In this document: one piece after another, positions 9,028 through 18,600 of the stretch | How the letters are laid out: each line of letters begins with the position of its first letter | Position numbering within the stretch: position 1 is the first letter of the stretch | Origin: a virus | Reading direction: 5' to 3' (one strand) | DNA: 64,000 nucleotides | Virus record (IMG/VR): IMGVR_UViG_3300046694_000196 | Location: 62,344 to 126,343 of that record | Notes under the pieces: generated by a model | Seen by the model: only the letters and a program-made list of their open reading frames with translations | Told to the model about the DNA's origin: nothing | The model's database searches: none | Position numbers and translations under genes: made by a program

Positions 9028-9090
9028 AAGAATGGGTTTACATTCTTTACGAATAGGATATTATGGTACCAGGAGCAAAGGAGAATTCCC

Positions 9091-10212
9091 ATGGCACTGC
9101 CCAAGGCTAAGAAACAGAAGAAAGCCAGGATGTCCGCCGGAGCGGCGAAGACTTTCTTCCTCAACAACTTCGGCGGCGAGCCCACTTTCTCGCCTCTCGC
9201 CGAGCTCACGAACATGGAGCTCATCAAGGTCTACACCTGGTACTCCAACGTGATGTCCCGCAAGGACGGAATGCAGTTCCTGTACGACTACCTCGCCAAG
9301 CGCGACAAGCCCCTGCTCAAGAAGCTGAGGGCGATCGGCGAGACGAAGGTCTCGATCAGCTACTGCTGGCTGGCGCGCCTCATCGACAGGGGAGCCCCCC
9401 TCTCGGCCGAGACAGTAGCCAAGCTGCCCGCCCACCTCGAAGAGGTCATCGGGCGGTGGTACGGTAAGGAAGAAGAGACGGAAAAAAAAACTACTTCGGA
9501 CGAGCCTCCTAGGGTAGACCGGTCGGTCGAGAAGGAGAGGTTCTTCATCGGGGACGTCGAAGAGATACTCGACCTCGACGGCTCCAAGTCCGTGTACGAC
9601 TACCTCACGGCCAACGAGGTCCCCAAGGGCTACGCGCCCAAGATCGCGGCCTACTACGCGCCGGTCCTGGCCGAGCTGCGAGAGGCCCTCGAGGGCAAGG
9701 ACCGGGACCTCAAAGAGGGCTACCGGCACCTGTCGAAGGGCAAGCTGCGTGACCTGGTCAACCGCTACCAGCGAGTAGTAGACGACTGCGAGCGCTACGC
9801 CGAGAACAAGACCGTCAAGCGAGTGGTCAAGAAGAAGGCCGTCCCGATCGAGAAGCTCGTGGGCAACGTGAAGTACATGGCGCGGTTCGACGAGTACCAG
9901 CTAGTCTCGAAGCACCCGTCGGTCATCATCGGCGCCAAGGAGTTCTGGGTCTACGACGCGCGGTACCGAGACATCATCCGGTACGTGGCCGGGGAAGACG
10001 GGTTCACCGTCCGAGGCACCTCTGTCTACGGCTACGACGAGACGCTCTCGGTCAAGAAATCGACCGGACGTAAGTCCCGGGAAGTGGTCGACGCGCTGAT
10101 CCGCGAGGGCAAGGTCGGCCTCAAGAAGTTCATGGACAACGTCAAGGCGCCGCCGAGGGAGCCGAACGGGCGGATCAACGCCAACATGCTGATCGTGAAG
10201 GCGATCACCTGA
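9091..10212 (+). CDS. Conserved T4-like hypothetical protein (373 aa)
   Basis: Long ORF with own promoter (TTTACA 9037, TATTAT 9059) and RBS; C-terminal NGRINANMLIVK motif. Confidence 0.7.
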   Translation: MALPKAKKQKKARMSAGAAKTFFLNNFGGEPTFSPLAELTNMELIKVYTWYSNVMSRKDGMQFLYDYLAKRDKPLLKKLRAIGETKVSISYCWLARLIDRGAPLSAETVAKLPAHLEEVIGRWYGKEEETEKKTTSDEPPRVDRSVEKERFFIGDVEEILDLDGSKSVYDYLTANEVPKGYAPKIAAYYAPVLAELREALEGKDRDLKEGYRHLSKGKLRDLVNRYQRVVDDCERYAENKTVKRVVKKKAVPIEKLVGNVKYMARFDEYQLVSKHPSVIIGAKEFWVYDARYRDIIRYVAGEDGFTVRGTSVYGYDETLSVKKSTGRKSREVVDALIREGKVGLKKFMDNVKAPPREPNGRINANMLIVKAIT

Positions 10213-10219
10213 GGCGGAG

Positions 10220-10227
10220 TATAAATA
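10220..10227 (+). promoter_or_regulatory. T4-type late promoter
   Basis: TATAAATA. Confidence 0.75.
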
Positions 10228-10262
10228 CTGGGTCGGTAACAACGCCGACCCAAGGATGCCCA

Positions 10263-10625
10263 ATGTCGAACGTAATCAAGTTCCCCGGTGTCTCCGACCT
10301 CCCCCTTGACCAGAACGAGTTCATCGAGAGAGTGCACTCGATACGCACCGAGTACGCCGAAGAGGCTGCCGAGGAAGCGTTCGAAGCAGTGCTCATGATC
10401 GCGAGGAACTACGGCTTCCTGACGCGTCAGGACAAGTTCAACGTCAAGGACATGGTCGCGATGTCCGACACCATCTTCTCTTCCCTCCTGCGGTACGCCG
10501 ACGTCCACCACCCGATGCAGGACGTCATAGACCAGGTCATCGAGATAACCGACGACCGAGACCTGCCCGAGGCGTCTCCCCTCGAAGACTTCTCAGTCGA
10601 GATACCCGACCCGGTAAAGGTCTGA
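10263..10625 (+). CDS. Hypothetical protein (MSNVIKFP N-terminus)
   Basis: Phage-typical NVIxFP start; AAGGA RBS. Confidence 0.6.
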   Translation: MSNVIKFPGVSDLPLDQNEFIERVHSIRTEYAEEAAEEAFEAVLMIARNYGFLTRQDKFNVKDMVAMSDTIFSSLLRYADVHHPMQDVIDQVIEITDDRDLPEASPLEDFSVEIPDPVKV

Positions 10626-10641
10626 AAATTAAGGCTACAAC

Positions 10642-11514
10642 ATGATCCTCTTTGACTACTCCCAGGTGTGCATCGCGAACGTGATGGTGCACTATCGAGA
10701 CCTGCGGGACGACGACGGCGCGCTGTCCCTAGACAAGTTCCGTCGGCTCGTGCTGGCTACCGTGCGCAAGAACGTCCTGAAGTTCCGCGCCGAGTACGGG
10801 CGAGACGTGGTCATAGCGGTGGACTCCGGCCCGTCCTGGCGCAAGGACTACTTCCAGTACTACAAGGCCAACCGAAAGACGGGCCGCGACGAGTCGACCC
10901 TTGACTGGAACTTCATCTTCGACTCCATGCGGGCCGTGAAGGAGGAGCTGAGGGACAACTTCCCGTACCGCGTCATCGAGGTGCCCCGCGCAGAGGCCGA
11001 CGACGTCATAGGCACCATAGCGCACCGCTTCGGCGCCCAGCTCGGCGACGGCGAGCACAGGATGCTCATACTCTCGGGCGACAAGGACTTTATCCAGCTG
11101 CAGACCTACAGCAACGTGAGGCAGTACGCCCCCGTGGGCATGAAGGTCGGATACGTCAACGGGGGAGACCCCGACGAGTTCCTGCTCGAGCACGTGATCC
11201 GCGGCGACGGCGGCGACGGCGTGCCCAACGCCCTGTCGGCAGACGAGACGTTCATCAAGCCGGGAGGTCGCAACATGACCCTCAGCGCGAAGCGGATGTC
11301 CGCCCTCAAGGACTCCGTCCGCGCCGGCACCTGCACAGAGACGGGTTACTTCCGCAACCTGGTGCTCATCGACCTCGCGAGGACCCCCGAGTCCATCAAA
11401 GAGGCCATCAACGCGTCGTTCGACTCCCAGGGAGGGAAGACGCGACTCAAGCTCATGAACTACTTCATCAAGCACAGGCTCGCAGACCTCGTGCAGAACC
11501 TATCGGACTACTGA
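10642..11514 (+). CDS. rnh: RNase H / 5'-3' exonuclease (T4 rnh, FEN-like)
   Basis: ILFDYSQ, WRKDYFQYYKANRK, EADDVIG, SGDKDFIQLQ, GDGGDGVPN. Confidence 0.95.
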   Translation: MILFDYSQVCIANVMVHYRDLRDDDGALSLDKFRRLVLATVRKNVLKFRAEYGRDVVIAVDSGPSWRKDYFQYYKANRKTGRDESTLDWNFIFDSMRAVKEELRDNFPYRVIEVPRAEADDVIGTIAHRFGAQLGDGEHRMLILSGDKDFIQLQTYSNVRQYAPVGMKVGYVNGGDPDEFLLEHVIRGDGGDGVPNALSADETFIKPGGRNMTLSAKRMSALKDSVRAGTCTETGYFRNLVLIDLARTPESIKEAINASFDSQGGKTRLKLMNYFIKHRLADLVQNLSDY

Positions 11515-11517
11515 ACC

Positions 11518-11934
11518 ATGGCCATGCTCCACGTATACAAGCACCTCAAGACCGCCGACGAGATCAAGGGCCGCAAGGAGAGGATCGAGTTCCTCCGTGC
11601 GAACCGGAACTACACGGTCGACAAGCTCCTCGCCCTCACCTACCGCGACGACGTCGAGTTCGACCTGCCCGACACCCCGCCGCCGTACAAGCCCTCGATA
11701 TTCGAGGAGTACGGCAACCTACACCAGGAGATCAGGAAGATCGAGCGCACTTTCGTCAAGGGCTCCGTCCCGGGCTGGCCGCGCCACAAGCGAGAGGCCG
11801 TCTTCATCCAGGTGCTGGAGTACGTCGACAAGGACGACTCGACCCTGCTGATCGGCATGCTCGCCAAGAAGCTCCCGTTCAAGGGCATCGACAAGAAGCT
11901 CGTCCAGGAAGCGCTGCCGGAGCTGTTCGCCTGA
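11518..11934 (+). CDS. Conserved T4-like hypothetical protein
   Basis: FDLPDTPPPYK...KREAVFIQVLE motif found downstream of rnh in T4-like phages. Confidence 0.65.
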   Translation: MAMLHVYKHLKTADEIKGRKERIEFLRANRNYTVDKLLALTYRDDVEFDLPDTPPPYKPSIFEEYGNLHQEIRKIERTFVKGSVPGWPRHKREAVFIQVLEYVDKDDSTLLIGMLAKKLPFKGIDKKLVQEALPELFA

Positions 11935-12170
11935 TGCCGAGCTACGACTTCTACGACGCAGACGCGGGCGAGTACGTCACGCTCACGATGAAGATCGCCG
12001 AGCTGGACGAGTTCAAGGCCGCACACCCCAACATGCGCCAGCAGCTCTCGAGGGTGAACGTCTGTGACCCCACTCGAGTGGGCGTCACTACCAAACCGGA
12101 CTCAGGATTTCGCGACCTCTTGAAGGACATCAAGGGCAAGCACTACGGCTCGGAGATCGACACGCACTGA
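11934..12170 (+). CDS. Small conserved protein (FmdB-like, MPSYDF start)
   Basis: MPxYDF...KPDSGFRDLLKDIK. Confidence 0.55.
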   Translation: MPSYDFYDADAGEYVTLTMKIAELDEFKAAHPNMRQQLSRVNVCDPTRVGVTTKPDSGFRDLLKDIKGKHYGSEIDTH

Positions 12171-12219
12171 CTCCGCCGTCTTCGTCATGTGGTTAACCCT
12201 CCAACGATGAGGAACTCAC

Positions 12220-13005
12220 TTGCAGTCTAGGACTTCCCGGAAAGAAAAGCGCAAACAAGAACAGGGAACCACCGTCGAGAGCGGGCTCAGGCTCGACCCG
12301 ATAAAGCCTAAGACAGAAAACCAACGAGCGGCGTTCAGGGACTACGAGGCGGGAGACACCCTCTTCCTCCACGGCCTGCCGGGTACGGGCAAGACCTTCG
12401 TGGCACTGTACCTCGCGCTCAAGTCAGTGATCAACGAGAAGACCCACAGGCGAGTGGTCATCGTCAGGTCCGCGGTCCCTACTAGGGACATCGGGTTCCT
12501 CCCGGGCTCTGCGGCCGAGAAGATGAGGGCGTACGAGGCGCCCTACGCGGCCATCTGCGCTGAACTCTTCGGACGCGGCGACGCATACGAGGTGCTCAAG
12601 CAGAAGAAGCTGGTGGAGTTCATCCCGACCTCCTTCATCCGGGGCGTCACCATCGACGACGCGGTGGTCATCATCGAGGAGGGGCAGAACATGTCCCGCC
12701 AGGAGATCAGGTCGGTCGTGACGCGCGTGGGAGAGAACTCCCGGGTGATCGTCGCGGCGGACGCCTCCCAGGACGACCTGACCTCGAAGAGGTACAGCGA
12801 GGAGTCGGGCATCGACTGGTTCATCAAGGTCATGAAGCGGATGCCGTGTGTCTCCTTCATCGACTTCGTAGTAGAAGACATCGTCCGTTCGGGCTTCGTG
12901 AAATCGTTTATCCTGGCAGAGTATGACATCATCATTCCTAGACATGAAGAACAAGAAGCCGGAGAGAGTCACGCTGACAGACGTCAGGGCGTTCTCGCAC
13001 TCTGA
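12220..13005 (+). CDS. phoH: PhoH-like ATPase
   Basis: GLPGTGKT Walker A, RDIGFLPG, FIRGVT, IIEEGQN, DIVRSGFVK. Confidence 0.95.
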   Translation: MQSRTSRKEKRKQEQGTTVESGLRLDPIKPKTENQRAAFRDYEAGDTLFLHGLPGTGKTFVALYLALKSVINEKTHRRVVIVRSAVPTRDIGFLPGSAAEKMRAYEAPYAAICAELFGRGDAYEVLKQKKLVEFIPTSFIRGVTIDDAVVIIEEGQNMSRQEIRSVVTRVGENSRVIVAADASQDDLTSKRYSEESGIDWFIKVMKRMPCVSFIDFVVEDIVRSGFVKSFILAEYDIIIPRHEEQEAGESHADRRQGVLAL

Positions 13006-13654
13006 GCTCACCTGGCGAGAAGTAGACACCCGCGACATGGAGTACGGTCGCGGGTACGTCGTCTCAGAGGACGAGGTGTACCCCTCCATCACCACGATTC
13101 TGGGATCGACCGCGGACAAGTCAGGCCTGGACGCCTGGCGGGCCGCGGTGGGCGAGGAGGAAGCTGCGAGGGTCTCGAAGCGGGCCACCGACAAGGGCAC
13201 TGCCGTGCACGAGATGTGCGAGCTGTACCTCAAGAACTCACTGGTCGACGTCACGGGATACGGCCTCGTCGAGAGAGAATCGTTCCTGCGGCTCAAGCCG
13301 GTGATAGACGCCCACGTGACCGACGTCTACGCGCAGGAGACTCCCCTGTACTCGAAGAGACAGAGGATGGCCGGCCGCGTAGACCTGATCGCCAAGTGGG
13401 ACGGCGTGCTGTCTATCATCGACTTCAAGACCTCGAACAGGCCGAAGGTCAGGGGCTGGATAACGGACTACTTCATCCAGGAGACGGCCTACGCGATGAT
13501 GCTCTACGAGATGACGGGCACTGCTGTCCACCAGGTGGTGACGCTCATCACGGTGGAAGACGACGACCCCCAGGTCTTCATCGAGAAGCCGCGAGACTGG
13601 TTCAACGAGGTCATAGCCCGCCGGAGAAAATTTCGTGAGCTGCGTCAAGTTTGA
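12944..13654 (+). CDS. PD-(D/E)XK exonuclease
   Basis: YPSITTIL, GTAVHEMCE, AGRVDLIA, IIDFKTS, QETAYAMM. Confidence 0.85.
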   Translation: MKNKKPERVTLTDVRAFSHSELTWREVDTRDMEYGRGYVVSEDEVYPSITTILGSTADKSGLDAWRAAVGEEEAARVSKRATDKGTAVHEMCELYLKNSLVDVTGYGLVERESFLRLKPVIDAHVTDVYAQETPLYSKRQRMAGRVDLIAKWDGVLSIIDFKTSNRPKVRGWITDYFIQETAYAMMLYEMTGTAVHQVVTLITVEDDDPQVFIEKPRDWFNEVIARRRKFRELRQV

Positions 13655-13690
13655 GTTTACATCGACCCCGACATAGGATATAAGGTACTC

Positions 13691-13873
13691 ATGACAAACA
13701 AAGTAATCCTGGTCGACGACCAGAACCACACCGTCGCGAACATCGAGCTCGACTCCCTGGACGAGGTGATCACTTACAACGGTGACTTCTTCGTCAAGCA
13801 GGGTGGGCCGTCGCTCGGCGACCTCTCGTGGACGGTCTACAAGAAGACCTTCGCGCGGACGCTCGACCAATGA
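13691..13873 (+). CDS. Small hypothetical protein
   Basis: Downstream of TTTACA-17-TATAAG promoter. Confidence 0.5.
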   Translation: MTNKVILVDDQNHTVANIELDSLDEVITYNGDFFVKQGGPSLGDLSWTVYKKTFARTLDQ

Positions 13874-14106
13874 GGCCTACTGAAGAAATGCTAGAGAAGT
13901 TTCACGCGGCGTACGATGACTCTCTGGAGCTGCAGCCGCGCGAGACCAACCAGGCGATCTATGACGGCCTCTGTGCCGCGCTGGACGCTATGGGAGAAGT
14001 CGCCGACCTGGTAACTCGCCTGCAGAGAAATCTCGACGGGCGGGACGAGTACATCGTCAGCAAGGGCCTCTGGACTGACTTCGTGGCCGGCCTCAATAGA
14101 CCATAA
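13870..14106 (+). CDS. Small hypothetical protein
   Basis: ATGA overlap with upstream stop. Confidence 0.5.
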   Translation: MRPTEEMLEKFHAAYDDSLELQPRETNQAIYDGLCAALDAMGEVADLVTRLQRNLDGRDEYIVSKGLWTDFVAGLNRP

Positions 14107-14148
14107 ATATTACGTGAATGCATTCTTACGCGTGAAGGAGTTTTGCGC

Positions 14149-15207
14149 ATGATAAAGTATGACGCCGCCGTCCTCATCGGCAAGTTTTCACCGTTCCACA
14201 ACGGACACCTCCGAGTAGTCGAGGAGGCCCTCGCGGTCTCAGACTACGTCGTCCTGATAGTAGGCTCTGCCAACCGCCCCAGGAACACCTACGTCCCCTT
14301 CACTTTCCGAGAACGACTCGCGATCATCCGGGCCTCGCTGCCCGAGTACGCCCTCGAGCGCGTGGTCATCACTTCCTGTAACGACTACCGTTACAACGAC
14401 GCTCGCTGGATGGCGGGGGTCCAGAAGGCCGTGACTGACGCCCTGAAGGGCCTGACGTTCACCAACCGGGGCTTCAAGGACTACAACCACCGCATCGCCC
14501 TCGCGGGCATGTACAAGGACGGCACTTCCTACTACCTCAACAGCTTCCCGCAGTGGGACAACTCCATCGCGATCCGTCCCGAGGAGTACGCCGGAGAGGT
14601 CCTCTCCGCGACGAAGATTCGTCGACAGATATTCACGGGCGAGACCGGCTACGTTAACACGATGGCCCCCGCCGCGAAGTTCGTCATGGAGAGCATCATC
14701 GACTCGGTCTTCGAGGGCGAGTGGTCCAGGCTGCAGTCCGACTGGGCCTACGAGCAGAAGTACGAGTCACTCTGGGGCAAGGGCCCCCACGTCACGGTAG
14801 ACTCCGTGGTAGTCCAGGCCGGCCACGTCCTGCTCATCGAGCGGGGCAACGAGTACGGTCGCGGACTGCTGGCGATGCCGGGCGGCTTCCTCAACAGGCG
14901 CGAGAAGGTGATTGACGGCGCGGTCCGCGAGCTCCGCGAGGAGACCCGCCTCAAGGTGCCCGAGAAGGTCCTGCGCGGCTCCCTCAAGGACGTCAGGGTC
15001 TACGACGACCCTTACCGGTCCAACCGGTCACACATCATCACCCACGCGCACCTGTTCGAGCTCTCGAACGTCGGCGAGTTGCCGGCAGTCTACGGCTCCG
15101 ACGACGCCGCGAAGGCCCACTGGTACCCCATCAGCCTGGTCCAGGACATGGAACAGCTGTTCTTTGAAGACCACTATTCGATACTTGGGGATTTGTTAAG
15201 TCTTTGA
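14149..15207 (+). CDS. nadM: Bifunctional NMN adenylyltransferase / Nudix hydrolase (NadM-Nudix)
   Basis: GKFSPFHNGH (HxGH), SATKIR, Nudix box GGFLNRREKVIDGAVRELREET, GSDDAAKAHW. Confidence 0.92.
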   Translation: MIKYDAAVLIGKFSPFHNGHLRVVEEALAVSDYVVLIVGSANRPRNTYVPFTFRERLAIIRASLPEYALERVVITSCNDYRYNDARWMAGVQKAVTDALKGLTFTNRGFKDYNHRIALAGMYKDGTSYYLNSFPQWDNSIAIRPEEYAGEVLSATKIRRQIFTGETGYVNTMAPAAKFVMESIIDSVFEGEWSRLQSDWAYEQKYESLWGKGPHVTVDSVVVQAGHVLLIERGNEYGRGLLAMPGGFLNRREKVIDGAVRELREETRLKVPEKVLRGSLKDVRVYDDPYRSNRSHIITHAHLFELSNVGELPAVYGSDDAAKAHWYPISLVQDMEQLFFEDHYSILGDLLSL

Positions 15208-15731
15208 CGTTTTTCGGCGACTGTGCGACGCCTTGCAGCACTTATGTTTGCGCGCCATTCGTCACTAAATTTTAGGCCTCTTCTTTTCTCAGCGAGAATG
15301 GAATAATCCCGGGTTGCATTGTATAATTTTATGCGCTCAGAATTTGACTTAGCTATGTTAAGTTTACCTTGCTCGGATATAACTGGCTTCTTGTAACTGT
15401 CACGCATCTTTTGCTTGGTTTCTTCGGAATGTCTTTTCCCGGCAAATCCTCTAGTTGTATGACTATCTGGAGATATGTTGTACCACGCTGCGTCGTCAAC
15501 ACAATTATATTGAGAAATGAGTTCTTTCTCTTTCTCGATTAGAAGTTCTTTGGTAGAGCATTCTATGAGTATGACACGGGAAAAGTTCTCGTTACCATAC
15601 TTCTTGATGGCTCTCTTGATAGCCTTTCCAGAACCGAGATAGGTTTCCCAATCTCTCTTACCGTACCGGCACCGGCCTAGGTACCTTTTCTGGTTGACTA
15701 AATTTGTAGTAATGTATATAAATCCAAACAT
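15174..15731 (-). mobile_element. Free-standing GIY-YIG homing endonuclease with NUMOD3 repeats (Seg-like)
   Basis: GFIYITTNLVNQKRYLG, YLGSG, GKRHSEETKQKM; AT-rich and antisense between nadM and nadV. Confidence 0.85.
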
Positions 15732-15805
15732 TAGTAGTCTCCTTTCAGATATTTATCAGAATGAGACCACTGTGATATCATAACGCTCACAAGAAGGAGT
15801 TTCAC

Positions 15806-17248
15806 ATGAGCATCATCAAGCACAACCTCATCCTGCAGTCCGACGCCTACAAGAACTCGCACCCGTTCATGGTCTCCAAGGACGTCGACGGGCTCACGTC
15901 ATACATCGAGGCCCGCAAGGGCTGGACGGACGAGCTGGTCTTCTTCGGCCTGCAGGCGTTCATCCGCGAGTACCTCTCTAAGCCGATCACCGTCGAGGAC
16001 GTGGCCGAGGCAGCCCGCTACGCGAAGTCCGCCGGCATCCCGTTCCACGGTGACATGTGGGAGCACGTGGTGTCGCGGCACGGCGGCTTCCTGCCGGTCC
16101 TCATCCAGGCGCTCCCGGAAGGCTCGGTAGTCGGACACGGCGTCCCCGTGGTGCAGGTCACCTCCACCGACGACAAGTACCCCGGCCTGGTCTCGGTCAT
16201 TGAGACTGCCCTGCTGCGCGCAGTCTGGTACCCGTCTTCGGTGGCTTCCCTCTCGCGGGCGATCAAGAAGAACATGCAAGCTGCGATCTTGCGGACTTCT
16301 GACCTGGCTCCCGACCTGGCCCTGCCGTTCATGCTCAACGACTTCGGCGCCCGAGGCACCTCTTCGGGGGAGTCGGCCGCGATCGGCGGGCTCGCTCACC
16401 TGGTCAACTTCATGGGCAGCGACACCCTCGAGGCGATAGGCGCTGCGGTGACCTACTACGACCACAGCCTCGAGCGAGACGGCCCCGTCCTCCTCTCAGT
16501 GCCGGCGACCGAGCACTCGGTGACGACCATCAACGGCGAGGACGGCGAGTGTGACTTCATCGGGCGGGTCATCGACACGTTCACGGAGCAGGGCTTCCCG
16601 ATCATCAGCACGGTCGCAGACAGCTACGACATGGACCGGTTCGTGACCGAGTACGTCGGCGGCGCCCTCAAGGACAAGGTACTGGCACGAGACGGCTGGC
16701 TAGTGGTGCGGCCTGACTCCGGCACCCCCTCCGAGGTGGTCCCGCGGGTGCTGGGCCAGCTCTGGGACTCCTTCGGGGGCACGGTCAACTCCAAGGGCTT
16801 CAGGGTCCTCGACCCGCACGTCCGTGTGATCCAGGGAGACGGCGTCAACTACGACAGCATCAACACCATCCTGTGGGCCGTCGAGCGCGAGGGTTACTCG
16901 GCCGAGAACGTGGTCTTCGGCATGGGCGGGCAGCTCCTGCAGGGAGTCATGAGGGACGACCACTCCTGGGCCATGAAGACCAACGCCGTGCGACACCGCG
17001 GAGACGAGCACTGGAAGGACGTCCAGAAGCGCCCCAAGACAGACATGACGAAGGCGTCCAAGGCCGGCCGCCAGGCGGTCGTGTACCACGGCGGCGAGTT
17101 CCACTCCGTCCGCGAAGAGAACCTGCTCGTCGCGAACGCGGTCGGGCACCACGGGGCGTACAACTGGCTCGAGGACGTGTGGGACACCGGCGAGACTATC
17201 CGGACCACCACTTTCCAGGAAGTCAGGGACCGCGCTGCTCTCACTTAA
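15806..17248 (+). CDS. nadV: Nicotinamide phosphoribosyltransferase (NAMPT)
   Basis: SDAYKNSH, FFGLQ, NDFGARG, AHLVNFMGSDT, PATEHS, DSYD, VVRPDSG, VIQGDG, FGMGG. Confidence 0.95.
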   Translation: MSIIKHNLILQSDAYKNSHPFMVSKDVDGLTSYIEARKGWTDELVFFGLQAFIREYLSKPITVEDVAEAARYAKSAGIPFHGDMWEHVVSRHGGFLPVLIQALPEGSVVGHGVPVVQVTSTDDKYPGLVSVIETALLRAVWYPSSVASLSRAIKKNMQAAILRTSDLAPDLALPFMLNDFGARGTSSGESAAIGGLAHLVNFMGSDTLEAIGAAVTYYDHSLERDGPVLLSVPATEHSVTTINGEDGECDFIGRVIDTFTEQGFPIISTVADSYDMDRFVTEYVGGALKDKVLARDGWLVVRPDSGTPSEVVPRVLGQLWDSFGGTVNSKGFRVLDPHVRVIQGDGVNYDSINTILWAVEREGYSAENVVFGMGGQLLQGVMRDDHSWAMKTNAVRHRGDEHWKDVQKRPKTDMTKASKAGRQAVVYHGGEFHSVREENLLVANAVGHHGAYNWLEDVWDTGETIRTTTFQEVRDRAALT

Positions 17249-17416
17249 GCCATTGAGATAGTTCTGATATCTCGTGAAACTGGTGAACGGATCACGAAAG
17301 AAGAGCGGGGGCCGATAGATTATCAGTCCTCGCGTTTTCGTTGAGAATTGCCTCTCCAGGCCATTGAGAACGTTACGCGATTTCTTTGAAAATCTCAAGA
17401 GTTCATCACTTTGACG

Positions 17417-17445
17417 TTTACAAGGCATTCTCGACTTGATATACT
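17417..17445 (+). promoter_or_regulatory. Sigma70-like early promoter
   Basis: TTTACA-17-TATACT followed by GATCAACGGAAAGGATC leader. Confidence 0.7.
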
Positions 17446-17473
17446 GTTCTTGATCAACGGAAAGGATCGAGAA

Positions 17474-17806
17474 ATGGAAAAGGTAGAAATCCTGGTAGAA
17501 GCCTACAACGACGATGAGCGGCACTGGAGCGGCGACTACGTCGCAAGGGTCATCTTGCTTGATGTCAATGAAGACGGTTCTAAGACCATCCGTGACATCC
17601 TAGAGATGGTCATGGACAGCGAGCTCAAGAACGCCCGCCGCGTCGCCGGCATCGCGCTCGGCCATACAGACGACAGGGAAGTAGTCATCTTGGGTGACTA
17701 CGACTTCGGAAAGAAGAGCGCCCTGGTCTCACGCCTCGACGAGGCGGTCAAGCAGACCGTCGCCGCCCGCAAGGTAAAGGACGCTCTCGATGCGGCTGCT
17801 AACTAA
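17474..17806 (+). CDS. Early hypothetical protein
   Basis: RBS AAAGGA and promoter upstream. Confidence 0.55.
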   Translation: MEKVEILVEAYNDDERHWSGDYVARVILLDVNEDGSKTIRDILEMVMDSELKNARRVAGIALGHTDDREVVILGDYDFGKKSALVSRLDEAVKQTVAARKVKDALDAAAN

Positions 17807-18077
17807 GGGCGAGGCCCTGAACTACGCCTGCCGCGTCCTGTCACTGGACCACGGTTTCTTCAGGATAGCGGGGAAGCACTCGACGTCCCTCTACTACACG
17901 AGGCGAGGGACGTCGCACAAGATACGCATCTCGGACCACGTAGACCCCTTCCGGAACGACGACGTGCGGGCCGAGGTCATCATAGGCGACTCGACGATCG
18001 AGGCCGACGTGAAGTACCGCGTGGCGAAGGCCGTGGCCGAGTTCGCGGTCCGAGACAGGAACAGGGTGACTCGATGA
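17790..18077 (+). CDS. Hypothetical protein
   Basis: Overlapping operon context; HKIRISDH motif. Confidence 0.5.
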   Translation: MRLLTKGEALNYACRVLSLDHGFFRIAGKHSTSLYYTRRGTSHKIRISDHVDPFRNDDVRAEVIIGDSTIEADVKYRVAKAVAEFAVRDRNRVTR

Positions 18078-18222
18078 AGAAGCTGAAGGATTTCTGGGTG
18101 AAGTACGACTTTTGGGTGATGTACCCCTTCGCGTGCGCCGCTGCTTTCGCCATCACTTACGGCTTCGCCCTGCTTGGGGAGCCTCGCTCTCTGTGGGTGA
18201 TGCGTCTCCTGGGACTGCTGTC

Positions 18223-18600
18223 ATGAGTGACTACGCGAGAGACGACTCGTTCGATTGCTTCGACCTGGTCTGGGACGCGGAGTACTCCGCGTGGGACCTC
18301 GTCCACCAGTCTACGGGCCAGCACTACTTTCCCGGAGAACTGCTGTTCCTGTTCACCGACTGCGCGGACTACGACTTCCTGCGCTTCCGTAAGAATTCCG
18401 CCGACTACGCGTTCAACGAGATGGGCGGCGAGTTCTACCGTGCGTGGCTCGTCAAGATGCACGCCGCCTACGTGCTGTGGTTCGCGGAGACCAGACGCGT
18501 GGAGTACCTCGAACAGAACCCCGGCAAGGGGAAACAGGCCGAGAGGGCCTACGCGGAAGCGATGGCCGAGGCCGAGAATTTCTACAGGAGGATGAAGTGA
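18223..18600 (+). CDS. Hypothetical protein
   Basis: ATG at 18223 overlapping the stop of a small membrane ORF (18074-18226). Confidence 0.5.
   Translation: MSDYARDDSFDCFDLVWDAEYSAWDLVHQSTGQHYFPGELLFLFTDCADYDFLRFRKNSADYAFNEMGGEFYRAWLVKMHAAYVLWFAETRRVEYLEQNPGKGKQAERAYAEAMAEAENFYRRMK

Noticed and set aside
12944-13654. PD-(D/E)XK nuclease as Cas4 of a CRISPR system
   Set aside because: No Fe-S Cys cluster, no other cas genes and no repeat-spacer array in the window; it matches the usual T4-like exonuclease next to phoH.
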